Positions 40,178 through 48,378 of a DNA stretch of 64,000 nucleotides are shown one piece after another. Every line of letters begins with the position of its first letter. Position 1 is the stretch's first letter. The translations under genes and the position numbers were made by a program. Below the pieces are notes generated by a model. The model was given only the letters and a program-made list of their open reading frames with translations, made no database searches and had not been told where the DNA came from. The DNA comes from Gammaproteobacteria bacterium (lineage in GTDB: Bacteria > Pseudomonadota > Gammaproteobacteria > JBCCGL01). The DNA is taken from contig OZ255836.1 of the NCBI GenBank assembly GCA_965277715.1, positions 3,744,001 through 3,808,000 on the forward strand. The letters run 5' to 3'.

Positions 40178-41374
40178 ATGTTAACCATCGCCGACCTGGA
40201 TCAGCACCTCAGTAACCACGGTAATTTTTGTTTAATCGATTGGTTGCTGCTCGACGGTATTTTGGCGTACAGCGACTATGAAGCCTGGCGCTACGTCCAA
40301 CGCGATCACCTCGATACCTGCCTGGCATTGAAAAAAGGCCAACTGAATACCTTGTTTATCGATGCGAGCACACACTGCCAGTCTCTGGGTTTAGTTGCAG
40401 AAACACAGACGCTTTACCCCTGGGACAAGCAACGGGAAACACCGCTTAGCGCCAGTAGTAGCCGTACAAAGCATCGGCAGTTGACACAGAAATGGCTACC
40501 GGGAAAAGCGGCACCACAGTTAGATTTGTTTATCGATAATGCTGCCGCTATCGCAGAAAACCATTTGCGTGAAGCATTAATAAACCGGCAGTGGGAGAGT
40601 ACCGAGCACTATCTGAATAAAATGGCCGCCCTGAACCCGATGCAGTCGACGCTGGGGGCTTATCAGGGGTTGGTCAGTTATGCTCAACACATGGCGGCGT
40701 GCCCTGATGTGGCCGCAGAGGCTGTGCAAACGGAGTTGTCCGGTCTGGAAAATGAAGTGGAACCGTTGGCGCGTGAGGTGCTCGGTCAGCAGGCGAGGGA
40801 TTTTCTCAGCGTTGCCTGGCGCCGCCTTGCACGGGGCATGAGCGCATCACCTGCCGACCCGGACATAGCGCATAAACACCCGAGTTACGCGCTAATGAAA
40901 ATCCCCGACTGGCAGGCGCTGCAACACTGCCTGCTCGCCGATACGGCGCTTTACCGCCATCCGGTATTGCTCGCACGCCTGGCAACCAGCTATAGCGCCA
41001 CCCGACAAGACCGCAAAGCCCTGCTGCTTTGGTGCCTGGTAGCGGATGGCTTTCCAGAGCAACTGCCCGAACTGCTCGAACAGCACACGCAACAGGCCAT
41101 TTATACGCTGTGGGAAGACTTTCAGGCACTGTTTGAGTACCGGGAGGGGGGCGAGGTGTTGTTTGCCGCGTATGTGGTATTAAAACGCCCCGCGCTGCTT
41201 GCTGTGGGTCACTCGTTTCAGTCGTTGCAACACAATGCCTCTCAGGCGGCTATTGATCTGGCCTTGTGTCGGCAGCAAAACAAGGACGAGATAGCCGCGA
41301 GAGAGGCATTGAAAGCCGCCAGCCCGGTGTTGTTGTCGTCCTATCTAAAAGATCACGGGTCGCCTGCCCATTAG
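40178..41374 (+). CDS. Hypothetical helical protein with a QLDLF motif
   Basis: TAA-ATG coupling to the upstream gene; YSDYEAWR; PQLDLF. Confidence 0.8.
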   Translation: MLTIADLDQHLSNHGNFCLIDWLLLDGILAYSDYEAWRYVQRDHLDTCLALKKGQLNTLFIDASTHCQSLGLVAETQTLYPWDKQRETPLSASSSRTKHRQLTQKWLPGKAAPQLDLFIDNAAAIAENHLREALINRQWESTEHYLNKMAALNPMQSTLGAYQGLVSYAQHMAACPDVAAEAVQTELSGLENEVEPLAREVLGQQARDFLSVAWRRLARGMSASPADPDIAHKHPSYALMKIPDWQALQHCLLADTALYRHPVLLARLATSYSATRQDRKALLLWCLVADGFPEQLPELLEQHTQQAIYTLWEDFQALFEYREGGEVLFAAYVVLKRPALLAVGHSFQSLQHNASQAAIDLALCRQQNKDEIAAREALKAASPVLLSSYLKDHGSPAH

Positions 41375-41418
41375 CCCGACGGTTAAGTTAAGGGTTTTAC
41401 TATAACGGTAGATAAGCT

Positions 41419-41796
41419 ATGCCCCATCTCACACTCGAATACACCAATAACCTCGATTTACCGGCTGACACTAACGCGGTGTTGCTTGCGCTACACCAAG
41501 TACTGCAAGACGTTGGGGGAATTAATATTGCCAACTGTAAAAGCCGTCTCTATCCGCTGGCGCACTTTTTCATTGCCGATAATCAGCGCGATGAGGGGTT
41601 TGTTCATCTCGATATTGTCTTTGTGCGTGGCCGCAGTGATGCGGTAAAAGCGCAGATCAGCCAGCAGTGCCTGGACATTCTCAAGGCGGCATTTTTACCG
41701 ATGGCGCAAATACCGGTGCAAATTACGGTTAATGTGGGTGATATACCGCTGGAAATGTATAGCAAATACCCGGAGGGGACGTTGACTGTGCAGTGA
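41419..41796 (+). CDS. 5-carboxymethyl-2-hydroxymuconate isomerase family tautomerase
   Basis: MPHLTLEYTNNL (catalytic Pro1), KSR, FVHL, GRS. Confidence 0.85.
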   Translation: MPHLTLEYTNNLDLPADTNAVLLALHQVLQDVGGINIANCKSRLYPLAHFFIADNQRDEGFVHLDIVFVRGRSDAVKAQISQQCLDILKAAFLPMAQIPVQITVNVGDIPLEMYSKYPEGTLTVQ

Positions 41797-41846
41797 TTCT
41801 ACAGGGTAAAAATGCGACTCTTTATTTAGGTTGAATAACTGACTTA

Positions 41847-41918
41847 GGAGCGTGCACGAAATAAATTAAGGTAGATCGACACATTTGCAAACCCCGGAAG
41901 TTATTTCGTACACGTTTC
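41847..41918. mobile_element. 72-bp micro-MITE with IS5-like ends
   Basis: 18-bp TIRs (15/18 match) ggagcgtgcacgaaataa / ttatttcgtacacgtttc, flanked by TTA direct repeats. Confidence 0.55.
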
Positions 41919-41992
41919 TTAGTAGTTGTACGGATAAACACTAAAAACACCGACTAAAAGTACATGCTATGGTTTTTTGTGGGCAATTTTCA

Positions 41993-42994
41993 TCAGGTTT
42001 TTTCGTCATAAAATGTCGGACAATAAGTCAACAACCAGTGTTTAAATTGACTCAATGCCGGGTGGTTTAGGCGCCTCTGTAGTAAGCGAATGACTCTTGG
42101 CAGGTGTTGTAAGTAATGGTTTTTCCCGTCGCGTTGGCTCAACCGCACAAACAGACCCGCGACTCGGGTGTGCCGCTGTGCGGCGAGAATAGCGCAGTCT
42201 GTTGTAAAGTCATTCAGGTTGCCGGTGGCTTGGCTGTTTGCCTGGTAGCGCTGTATACATTCCGCAAAAATACCGGATGGAATATCACGCCGGGCATCCT
42301 CTAAAACGGACATTAAATCATAGGCCGCAGGGCCAATGGTGGCGTCCTGAAAGTCCAGCAGACCACAGCGTTGTACACCACTGCGGTTTTCTAACAGCAT
42401 GGCATTGTCGATGTGAAAGTCGCGCAGTACCAATACGTCGGTACTGGCGCTAAGCTGCTGTAGGGCAAATTGCCACGCGGTTATGTAATCGTCCCGTGCC
42501 GTTTTTTTATCGGTTTTCTGTATTAAAGGGTAATACCATTCGTAGAAAACCAGCGTTTCCTCAAGTAAGGTAGTTTCCCGTCGGGGTAGGTCGATGTGCT
42601 TTGCATTGTCAGGGTGGTTGTGCAGGGCCAGTAGGCAGTCAGTGGCCAGTAGGTAGAGTGTGCGTTCGTCATATTGTCTGGCCAGTAGGCGGGTAAAGGT
42701 TTGGTCGCCAAAGTCTTCGAGGATGATAAATCCTTTTTTAGGTTCGATATGGTAAATACGGGGTGCGCTTAAGCCCAGCTTTAGTAAGTGTTCGGCAATA
42801 TTTGCAAAGGATGTGACCGATTCTTTATCCGGTGGTGCGTCCATTAGTAATGCGGGTTTTGGCCCGCCCTGTAAGCGGAAATACTGACGGTGGGAGGCAT
42901 CCTGGGCAAATGCGCGCAGTGCGGTGTTTGCCCAGGGGGTGGTGTTTAGGAATTGTGTGCGTTGTTGTTTGCGTGAGGGGAGGTGGGTTGTCAT
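41993..42994 (-). CDS. amgK: APH-family phosphotransferase, AmgK-like (MurNAc/GlcNAc kinase)
   Basis: DASHRQYFR, LMDAPP, LEDFGD, RDFHIDN, LDFQDA..GPAAYDLMS. Confidence 0.8.
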   Translation of the reverse strand: MTTHLPSRKQQRTQFLNTTPWANTALRAFAQDASHRQYFRLQGGPKPALLMDAPPDKESVTSFANIAEHLLKLGLSAPRIYHIEPKKGFIILEDFGDQTFTRLLARQYDERTLYLLATDCLLALHNHPDNAKHIDLPRRETTLLEETLVFYEWYYPLIQKTDKKTARDDYITAWQFALQQLSASTDVLVLRDFHIDNAMLLENRSGVQRCGLLDFQDATIGPAAYDLMSVLEDARRDIPSGIFAECIQRYQANSQATGNLNDFTTDCAILAAQRHTRVAGLFVRLSQRDGKNHYLQHLPRVIRLLQRRLNHPALSQFKHWLLTYCPTFYDEKT

Positions 42995-43304
42995 GGTGTG
43001 CCCAGTGCGGAATTTAGGTTTAACAGTAGTAGAAAGTATTACTACTAGGTCGTCAATTTTGAATTGATGATTTTGTGGGTAGCGTTAGGGTGTTATGGGG
43101 TTTCGCTCACGCCCCTTACCCACGCCCTGTGGGCAAGAAGTAACCAAAAATGTGCTTGGGCTACACTTTATAGTAGAGATAATAGAGGTGTTTAAACCCA
43201 GTGCGCTAAAGACCCGCGTTTTTATTGGCATTTTCTAGGCGCACTGCAAGTGACATTTAACCAGGTTCAAATATCACCTCTATCTATCAGGTAAGCTTAA
43301 AGTT

Positions 43305-43961
43305 ATGAGTAGAAACGATGATAAATACCGTTTTTCCGCCAGTGAAAAACCTTCATTACCCTTGGTCCCGGTGCCGCTGATTGAAGCGCGTGATGATACG
43401 GTGAAGGCGTATGGCTGTCTGGTCGACGATCCTTCTGCATTCTCTATCGAGATTGTTCGGTGGCCCGCACAGGGTTGGCGCCCGGTCGACGATGGTACAG
43501 GGGATGAAGGGGGTTTTGTCGAAGGTGTGTTCCACGGTGAGTGGCAGGGGGATGTGTTGATGGGGCACAATGAGGCTGTGGATGGCCATTATGTGCTGGG
43601 CTGGAGTTGTGACCCACAGCGAGCGCAAGCCGACCATGCGTCGGTGGCGCGTGAGCAGGTATTGCTCTGGCATTTAAATTACCATCCAGATGGCGGGCAG
43701 TTATTTTTCCCACTGGATAAGCAGCCGTTTGTGGTGCCGGTGGCGTTGCCTGGTGATGATCTCAAGCCGGAGCAGGTTGTGGCGTTTTGGTGCGATGGCA
43801 GCCGGGGGTTGTATATCCACCCGAATATCTGGCACGAAGGAATTTTTCCTGTGGGGGATAAGCAGCGGTTTCTCGACCGGCAGGGTAAGGTGCACGCACG
43901 GGTAAGCTGTGACCTTGCAGAGGAGTTTGGGGTTTATTTATCTGTGCCGTTGATGCTGTGA
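43305..43961 (+). CDS. Ureidoglycolate lyase-like protein
   Basis: NYHPDGGQLFFP, GLYIHPNIWH cupin-like motifs. Confidence 0.7.
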   Translation: MSRNDDKYRFSASEKPSLPLVPVPLIEARDDTVKAYGCLVDDPSAFSIEIVRWPAQGWRPVDDGTGDEGGFVEGVFHGEWQGDVLMGHNEAVDGHYVLGWSCDPQRAQADHASVAREQVLLWHLNYHPDGGQLFFPLDKQPFVVPVALPGDDLKPEQVVAFWCDGSRGLYIHPNIWHEGIFPVGDKQRFLDRQGKVHARVSCDLAEEFGVYLSVPLML

Positions 43962-43978
43962 CGTAGAGGATCAGACGA

Positions 43979-45157
43979 CTATGGTGATACTGCCAGTGAG
44001 TAGCCCCGCAGCCGCTGGGAGAATTCCTGGAGTGCCTGGATACCGCTTTCCTCGGCACGTAGGCACCAGTCCTGTAAATCCTGGTGCAGTTTTTCCTGGC
44101 TGGCACCGGCGCGCTCCCATATCGCCTGCAAACTATGGCGGAACTCATATACCGTTTTTAATGGGTCGCTGGCATTGAGTGCTGTGCTTAACCGGCGGCG
44201 CTGCACGCCGTCCATCAAACCATCAAAGCAAATCAGTGCACGGCGGGCGCTTTTCAGTTTGCGCCCGAGCCGCTTGTCTGCCTGAGCCACTTCCGCCCGG
44301 TGGACGGGTTTTATCACCCGGTTGGCGTAGTGCGCCATCAGGTGCATACGGCTGCGAAAAACCGCTTTGACAGTGTCCATGTCGATGGCCGATTTGTTAC
44401 CGTCAATAATGGGTTTTGGGGCGATGCGCCGGACAGCCGCCAGTTTGCAGGCGCGCAGTAAACAAATATAAAACCAACCCAAATCAAATTCCCAACGGCG
44501 CGAAGACAGGCGCGCAGAGCTGGGGTAGGCGTGGTGGTTGTTGTGCAGCTCCTCGCCACAGATCAGTATCGCCCAGGGCACTACATTGGTGGAGGCGTCG
44601 TCGGTTTCGTAGTTTCTATAACCCCAGAAATGGCCAATGCCATTGATAACACCGGCCGCGAGCAGCGGAATGCAGAGCATTTGTACAGCAAATACGGTCA
44701 GCCCAATCGGGCCAAACAGGGCGATGTCGATCAATGCCATGATGACAATACCGCCGTATTTTCGTGGGGCGTAGAGGTGCTTTTCTATCCAGTCATTGGG
44801 TGTATCATGGCCATATTTTTCCAGCGTATGTTTGTTGCGGGCCTCGTTTCGATACAGCTCAACGCCCTCCAATAATACCTGGCGCAGGCCATATACCACG
44901 GGGCTGTGTGGGTCGTCTTCCACTTCGCAGCAGGCGTGGTGTTTGCGGTGTACAGCAACCCATTCGATGGTGCGCATTGAGGTGGTTAGCCACAGCCAAA
45001 ACCGGAAGAAGTGGCTTACTATCGGGTGGAGGGCCAGGGCTCTATGTGCCTGGCAGCGGTGTAGGTAAATAGTGACTGAGGCAAGGGTAATGTGGCACAT
45101 CACGAGGGTAATGAGGGCGACTGACCATAGGGACAAATCCAGTAAACCAGTGAGCAT
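43979..45157 (-). CDS. desA: Delta-9 acyl-lipid desaturase (DesA-type)
   Basis: His boxes HRCQAH, HRKHH, HNNHH; EFDLGW. Confidence 0.88.
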   Translation of the reverse strand: MLTGLLDLSLWSVALITLVMCHITLASVTIYLHRCQAHRALALHPIVSHFFRFWLWLTTSMRTIEWVAVHRKHHACCEVEDDPHSPVVYGLRQVLLEGVELYRNEARNKHTLEKYGHDTPNDWIEKHLYAPRKYGGIVIMALIDIALFGPIGLTVFAVQMLCIPLLAAGVINGIGHFWGYRNYETDDASTNVVPWAILICGEELHNNHHAYPSSARLSSRRWEFDLGWFYICLLRACKLAAVRRIAPKPIIDGNKSAIDMDTVKAVFRSRMHLMAHYANRVIKPVHRAEVAQADKRLGRKLKSARRALICFDGLMDGVQRRRLSTALNASDPLKTVYEFRHSLQAIWERAGASQEKLHQDLQDWCLRAEESGIQALQEFSQRLRGYSLAVSP

Positions 45158-45267
45158 TACGATAATGCCTCTCTATCAAAAACCATAAATAATTAAGTGT
45201 CCCGGCGTAGCTAAGGCGAGGTACTATAGGTCATCGGCCTGATAGCGTCCATACTTGATAGCAGGTT

Positions 45268-46101
45268 TTGGTACGGCTACACTCGCTGCCGGTAACGGTC
45301 ATTTGGTTTATCTTGAATTATTCATCATCGCAGACAATACCGCTGTTAGCGGCGCGGGGTATCAGTCGTCGCTTTGCCAATACGGTTGCCGTACATGAGG
45401 TTGACATTCATCTGGCGTGTGGTGATGTTGTCGGTTTTCTGGGGCTGAATGGCGCGGGCAAAACCACCACTTTGCGCATGTTGTGCGGTACATTGGCGGC
45501 GGACAGCGGCGAGATTTTTATCGATGGCTTTGATGTGCGCCGCGAACCTCAGGCAGCGCGTGCACGGCTGGGTTTTTTACCCGATACCCCGCCACTTTAC
45601 CCAGAGCTCAGTGTCGATGAGTTTCTACGCTATTGCGCCAGGTTACGTCGGCTGCCCAAAGCGCATATCACCGATAGTGTTGAACGCGTCAAACAGCAAA
45701 CCGGGCTTGAATCACGGGGCCGACAACGCATTGCCGGGTTGTCACGGGGGTATCAGCAACGGCTCGGTATCGCCCAGGCCATTATCCACCAGCCCACCGT
45801 GGTGGTACTGGATGAACCCACCAACGGCCTGGATCCGCGCCAGATTGAAGAGATTCGCACCCTGATTGCGGCGTTGAGCGGGCACGCTGCTGTATTGCTT
45901 TCCACGCACCTGCTGGCGGAGGTCTATGCGGTGTGTAATCGTGTGCTGATTATCCACAAGGGTGTTATTGCGTATCAATCTACGCTGGATGCGTTATCCG
46001 GGCCGGATGCGCTGGCGCAGACGTTCTTCCGTATTACCGGGGAGACGGCCGGGGTAGAGACAGCCGGGGTAGAGGCGACCAAGCCAGAGGCAAGCAGGTA
46101 A
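45268..46101 (+). CDS. ABC transporter ATP-binding protein (GldA-like)
   Basis: GLNGAGKTT, LSRGYQQR, LDEPTNGLDP; start uncertain. Confidence 0.9.
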   Translation: MVRLHSLPVTVIWFILNYSSSQTIPLLAARGISRRFANTVAVHEVDIHLACGDVVGFLGLNGAGKTTTLRMLCGTLAADSGEIFIDGFDVRREPQAARARLGFLPDTPPLYPELSVDEFLRYCARLRRLPKAHITDSVERVKQQTGLESRGRQRIAGLSRGYQQRLGIAQAIIHQPTVVVLDEPTNGLDPRQIEEIRTLIAALSGHAAVLLSTHLLAEVYAVCNRVLIIHKGVIAYQSTLDALSGPDALAQTFFRITGETAGVETAGVEATKPEASR

Positions 46102-46850
46102 TGATTCTCACGATTACCCAAAAAGAATGGAAAACCCTGTTTCGATCACCGTTGAGCTGGGTGGCGCTGGCGGTGATACAAATTGTATTTGCCTGGTTAT
46201 ACCTGTTGGCATTGGAGGGGTGGTTGCAAATACAGGCACAACGCGCCCTGCAGGGTGGCAGCCAGGGGCTTACCGACTGGCTTATCGATCAATGCTTTGC
46301 CCCGGCCAGCACGGTATTGATGGCGGTGGCCCCCCTGTTGACGATGCGGCTGCTGGCTGATGAGCGGCGCACCAGTGGTATCGAGCTATTGTTGTCTTCA
46401 CCTGTGGCGCCGGGGCATATTGTTTTGGGAAAGTTCCTGGCGGCGCTGGGTATCTACGCCGTGTTGTTGTTACAGCTTGCTGCCTTACAACTGGTATTGC
46501 TGCCATTTATTGCGATTGATCTGGGTGCACTCGGTACAGCGTTACTAGGCTTGCTGTTATTTTGCGCCGCCTGCTGTGCTATTGGGGTGTATTTTTCGTG
46601 CCTTACCCGGCAGTCATCGGTTGCTGCGCTGGGCAGTTTTGGGGTGTTGTTTTTGCTGTGGGTGGCCGGTATTTCGGCGGGCGCGCCCGTGTCTAATAGT
46701 GTGTTCACCTATTTATCGATTGCGGGGCATCTCGATGCTTTTTTAAACGGATTGCTCGATTCTGCCGATGTCTTCTATTACCTGTTGGTGTGCGCTGTAT
46801 TTTTGAGTATGGCAGTCCGCCACGTCGATAATCTGCGGATGCAGCCGTAA
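46101..46850 (+). CDS. ABC-2 permease (GldF-like)
   Basis: KEWKTLFRSP, PLLTMRLLADERR..ELLLSSP, VLGKF. Confidence 0.88.
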   Translation: MILTITQKEWKTLFRSPLSWVALAVIQIVFAWLYLLALEGWLQIQAQRALQGGSQGLTDWLIDQCFAPASTVLMAVAPLLTMRLLADERRTSGIELLLSSPVAPGHIVLGKFLAALGIYAVLLLQLAALQLVLLPFIAIDLGALGTALLGLLLFCAACCAIGVYFSCLTRQSSVAALGSFGVLFLLWVAGISAGAPVSNSVFTYLSIAGHLDAFLNGLLDSADVFYYLLVCAVFLSMAVRHVDNLRMQP

Positions 46851-48184
46851 TGGCGCCCACGGTGATACGGTTAAAAAGTGTCTTGTTTGTCGGTGCTTTG
46901 TTGTTGCTTGCGGCATTGTTGGCCTGGTTAAGCGTGAATCACTCTGTACAGATCGATACGACCGCGCAGGCCAGGCACTCGCTGTCGGTGGCTTCAGTGC
47001 GTGTTGTGCAATCGCTGGATGGCGCGCTGCGTATCGATGCCTGGCTGGAACCGAATGCACAGGCAAAACGCCAGATTGTGCGTATGATCGATCGCTATCA
47101 GCAACACAAAGCAGATATTGCGCTGCATTTTATCAATCCGGTGACTTCACCTGCGCAGGCACGCGAAAAAGGTATTTATGCGGGGGGGGAGTTGATTCTA
47201 CACTGGCGGGGGCGCGAGCAGCGGTTGCGGTCAATCAGCGAAAAAACCATTACTTATGCGCTGATGCGTTTGTTGCGTGAAAGTCAACCGATAGTCCGTT
47301 TTGTCAGTGGGCACCTGGAACGGCAGCCGGATTCAGCCGCCCGCCAGGGCTATCAGCAATTTACCCGGCACTTGCGCACGCTTGGTTTTCGCGTGGAAAC
47401 ACTGAGCCTGATCAACACCCCGGTGGTGCCAGCCGATACCGATGTGCTGGTGATTGCGGCAGCGGCGGGAGGGTATTTTCCCGGCGAGTCGGCCAGTGTT
47501 GTTAACTACCTGGAGAGTGGTGGCAATCTGTTGTGGTTGCTGGAGCCGGGCTTGCCCAATGCCCCTGTCGAGCTTGCCGCAACGCTGGGGCTATCGGTAT
47601 TGCCAGGGGTGATTGTCGATGTGGCCAGCCAACAGTTGGCGGTCGATACACCTGATTTTGCGGTTATTGACCACTACCCGGTGCACCCGGCGTTACCCGA
47701 ACGCCTGCCAACCACCTTATTTCCACAGGCGGTGGGCTTGTCTTTTCCGGCGGTATTTGGCTGGCAGTTGCAGCCACTGCTGGTGACCAGTGAAAAGAGT
47801 TGGAACGAGACTGGCCAGATTGCCGGAAAGATCAGCTACAACCCGGATAGCGAAGAGCGGGCGGGGCCATTGCTACTCGGCGCGACACTGCAACGCCAGC
47901 GCGGGGTGCGTGAGCAGCGTGTGGCGGTCATCGGGGATGCCGATTTTTTGGCCAATAGCTGGCTGGGTAATGGTGGTAATTTGTACCTTGGCCAACAGTT
48001 ATACAACTGGCTGGGTGGGCATCAGCCGTTGCCGGTGATTGCGCCTGTACAGGCGGCCGATGCGCAACTGATCCTGCCGGGGTTCGCGATCGGTGCATTG
48101 GGTTTTGGGTTTCTTGTTATTTTACCGGGCGTTTATCTATTGTTGGCATTTCTGTGTTGGCGCAGAGGTCTGCTGTGTGGTTAA
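46850..48184 (+). CDS. GldG family ABC auxiliary protein
   Basis: DTTAQARHSLS, FVSGHLE, GGNLLWLLEP, VIGDADF. Confidence 0.85.
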   Translation: MAPTVIRLKSVLFVGALLLLAALLAWLSVNHSVQIDTTAQARHSLSVASVRVVQSLDGALRIDAWLEPNAQAKRQIVRMIDRYQQHKADIALHFINPVTSPAQAREKGIYAGGELILHWRGREQRLRSISEKTITYALMRLLRESQPIVRFVSGHLERQPDSAARQGYQQFTRHLRTLGFRVETLSLINTPVVPADTDVLVIAAAAGGYFPGESASVVNYLESGGNLLWLLEPGLPNAPVELAATLGLSVLPGVIVDVASQQLAVDTPDFAVIDHYPVHPALPERLPTTLFPQAVGLSFPAVFGWQLQPLLVTSEKSWNETGQIAGKISYNPDSEERAGPLLLGATLQRQRGVREQRVAVIGDADFLANSWLGNGGNLYLGQQLYNWLGGHQPLPVIAPVQAADAQLILPGFAIGALGFGFLVILPGVYLLLAFLCWRRGLLCG

Positions 48185-48378
48185 GCGCTGGCAAACCGTC
48201 AATATAAGGTAGACGACGCGCTAGGCTAAAGTTTCCAGCACCATAGACGTTAACGTATACAAGGCATTTGTTTAATAACAGGCACTATTTGAACCTATGC
48301 AATTACATGTGACTCTTAAATTTTTTGTAAAAATATAAATAGACAGCTATAGCATAACCACTCCCACCCGTTTACAGG

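Noticed and set aside
43979-44400. Transposase-like C-terminal region of the desaturase
   Set aside because: Normal extension of DesA-type desaturases; no IS ends
48177-48212. Possible stub of the DUF4340 gene that often follows gldG (VVKRWQTVN)
   Set aside because: Too short to support
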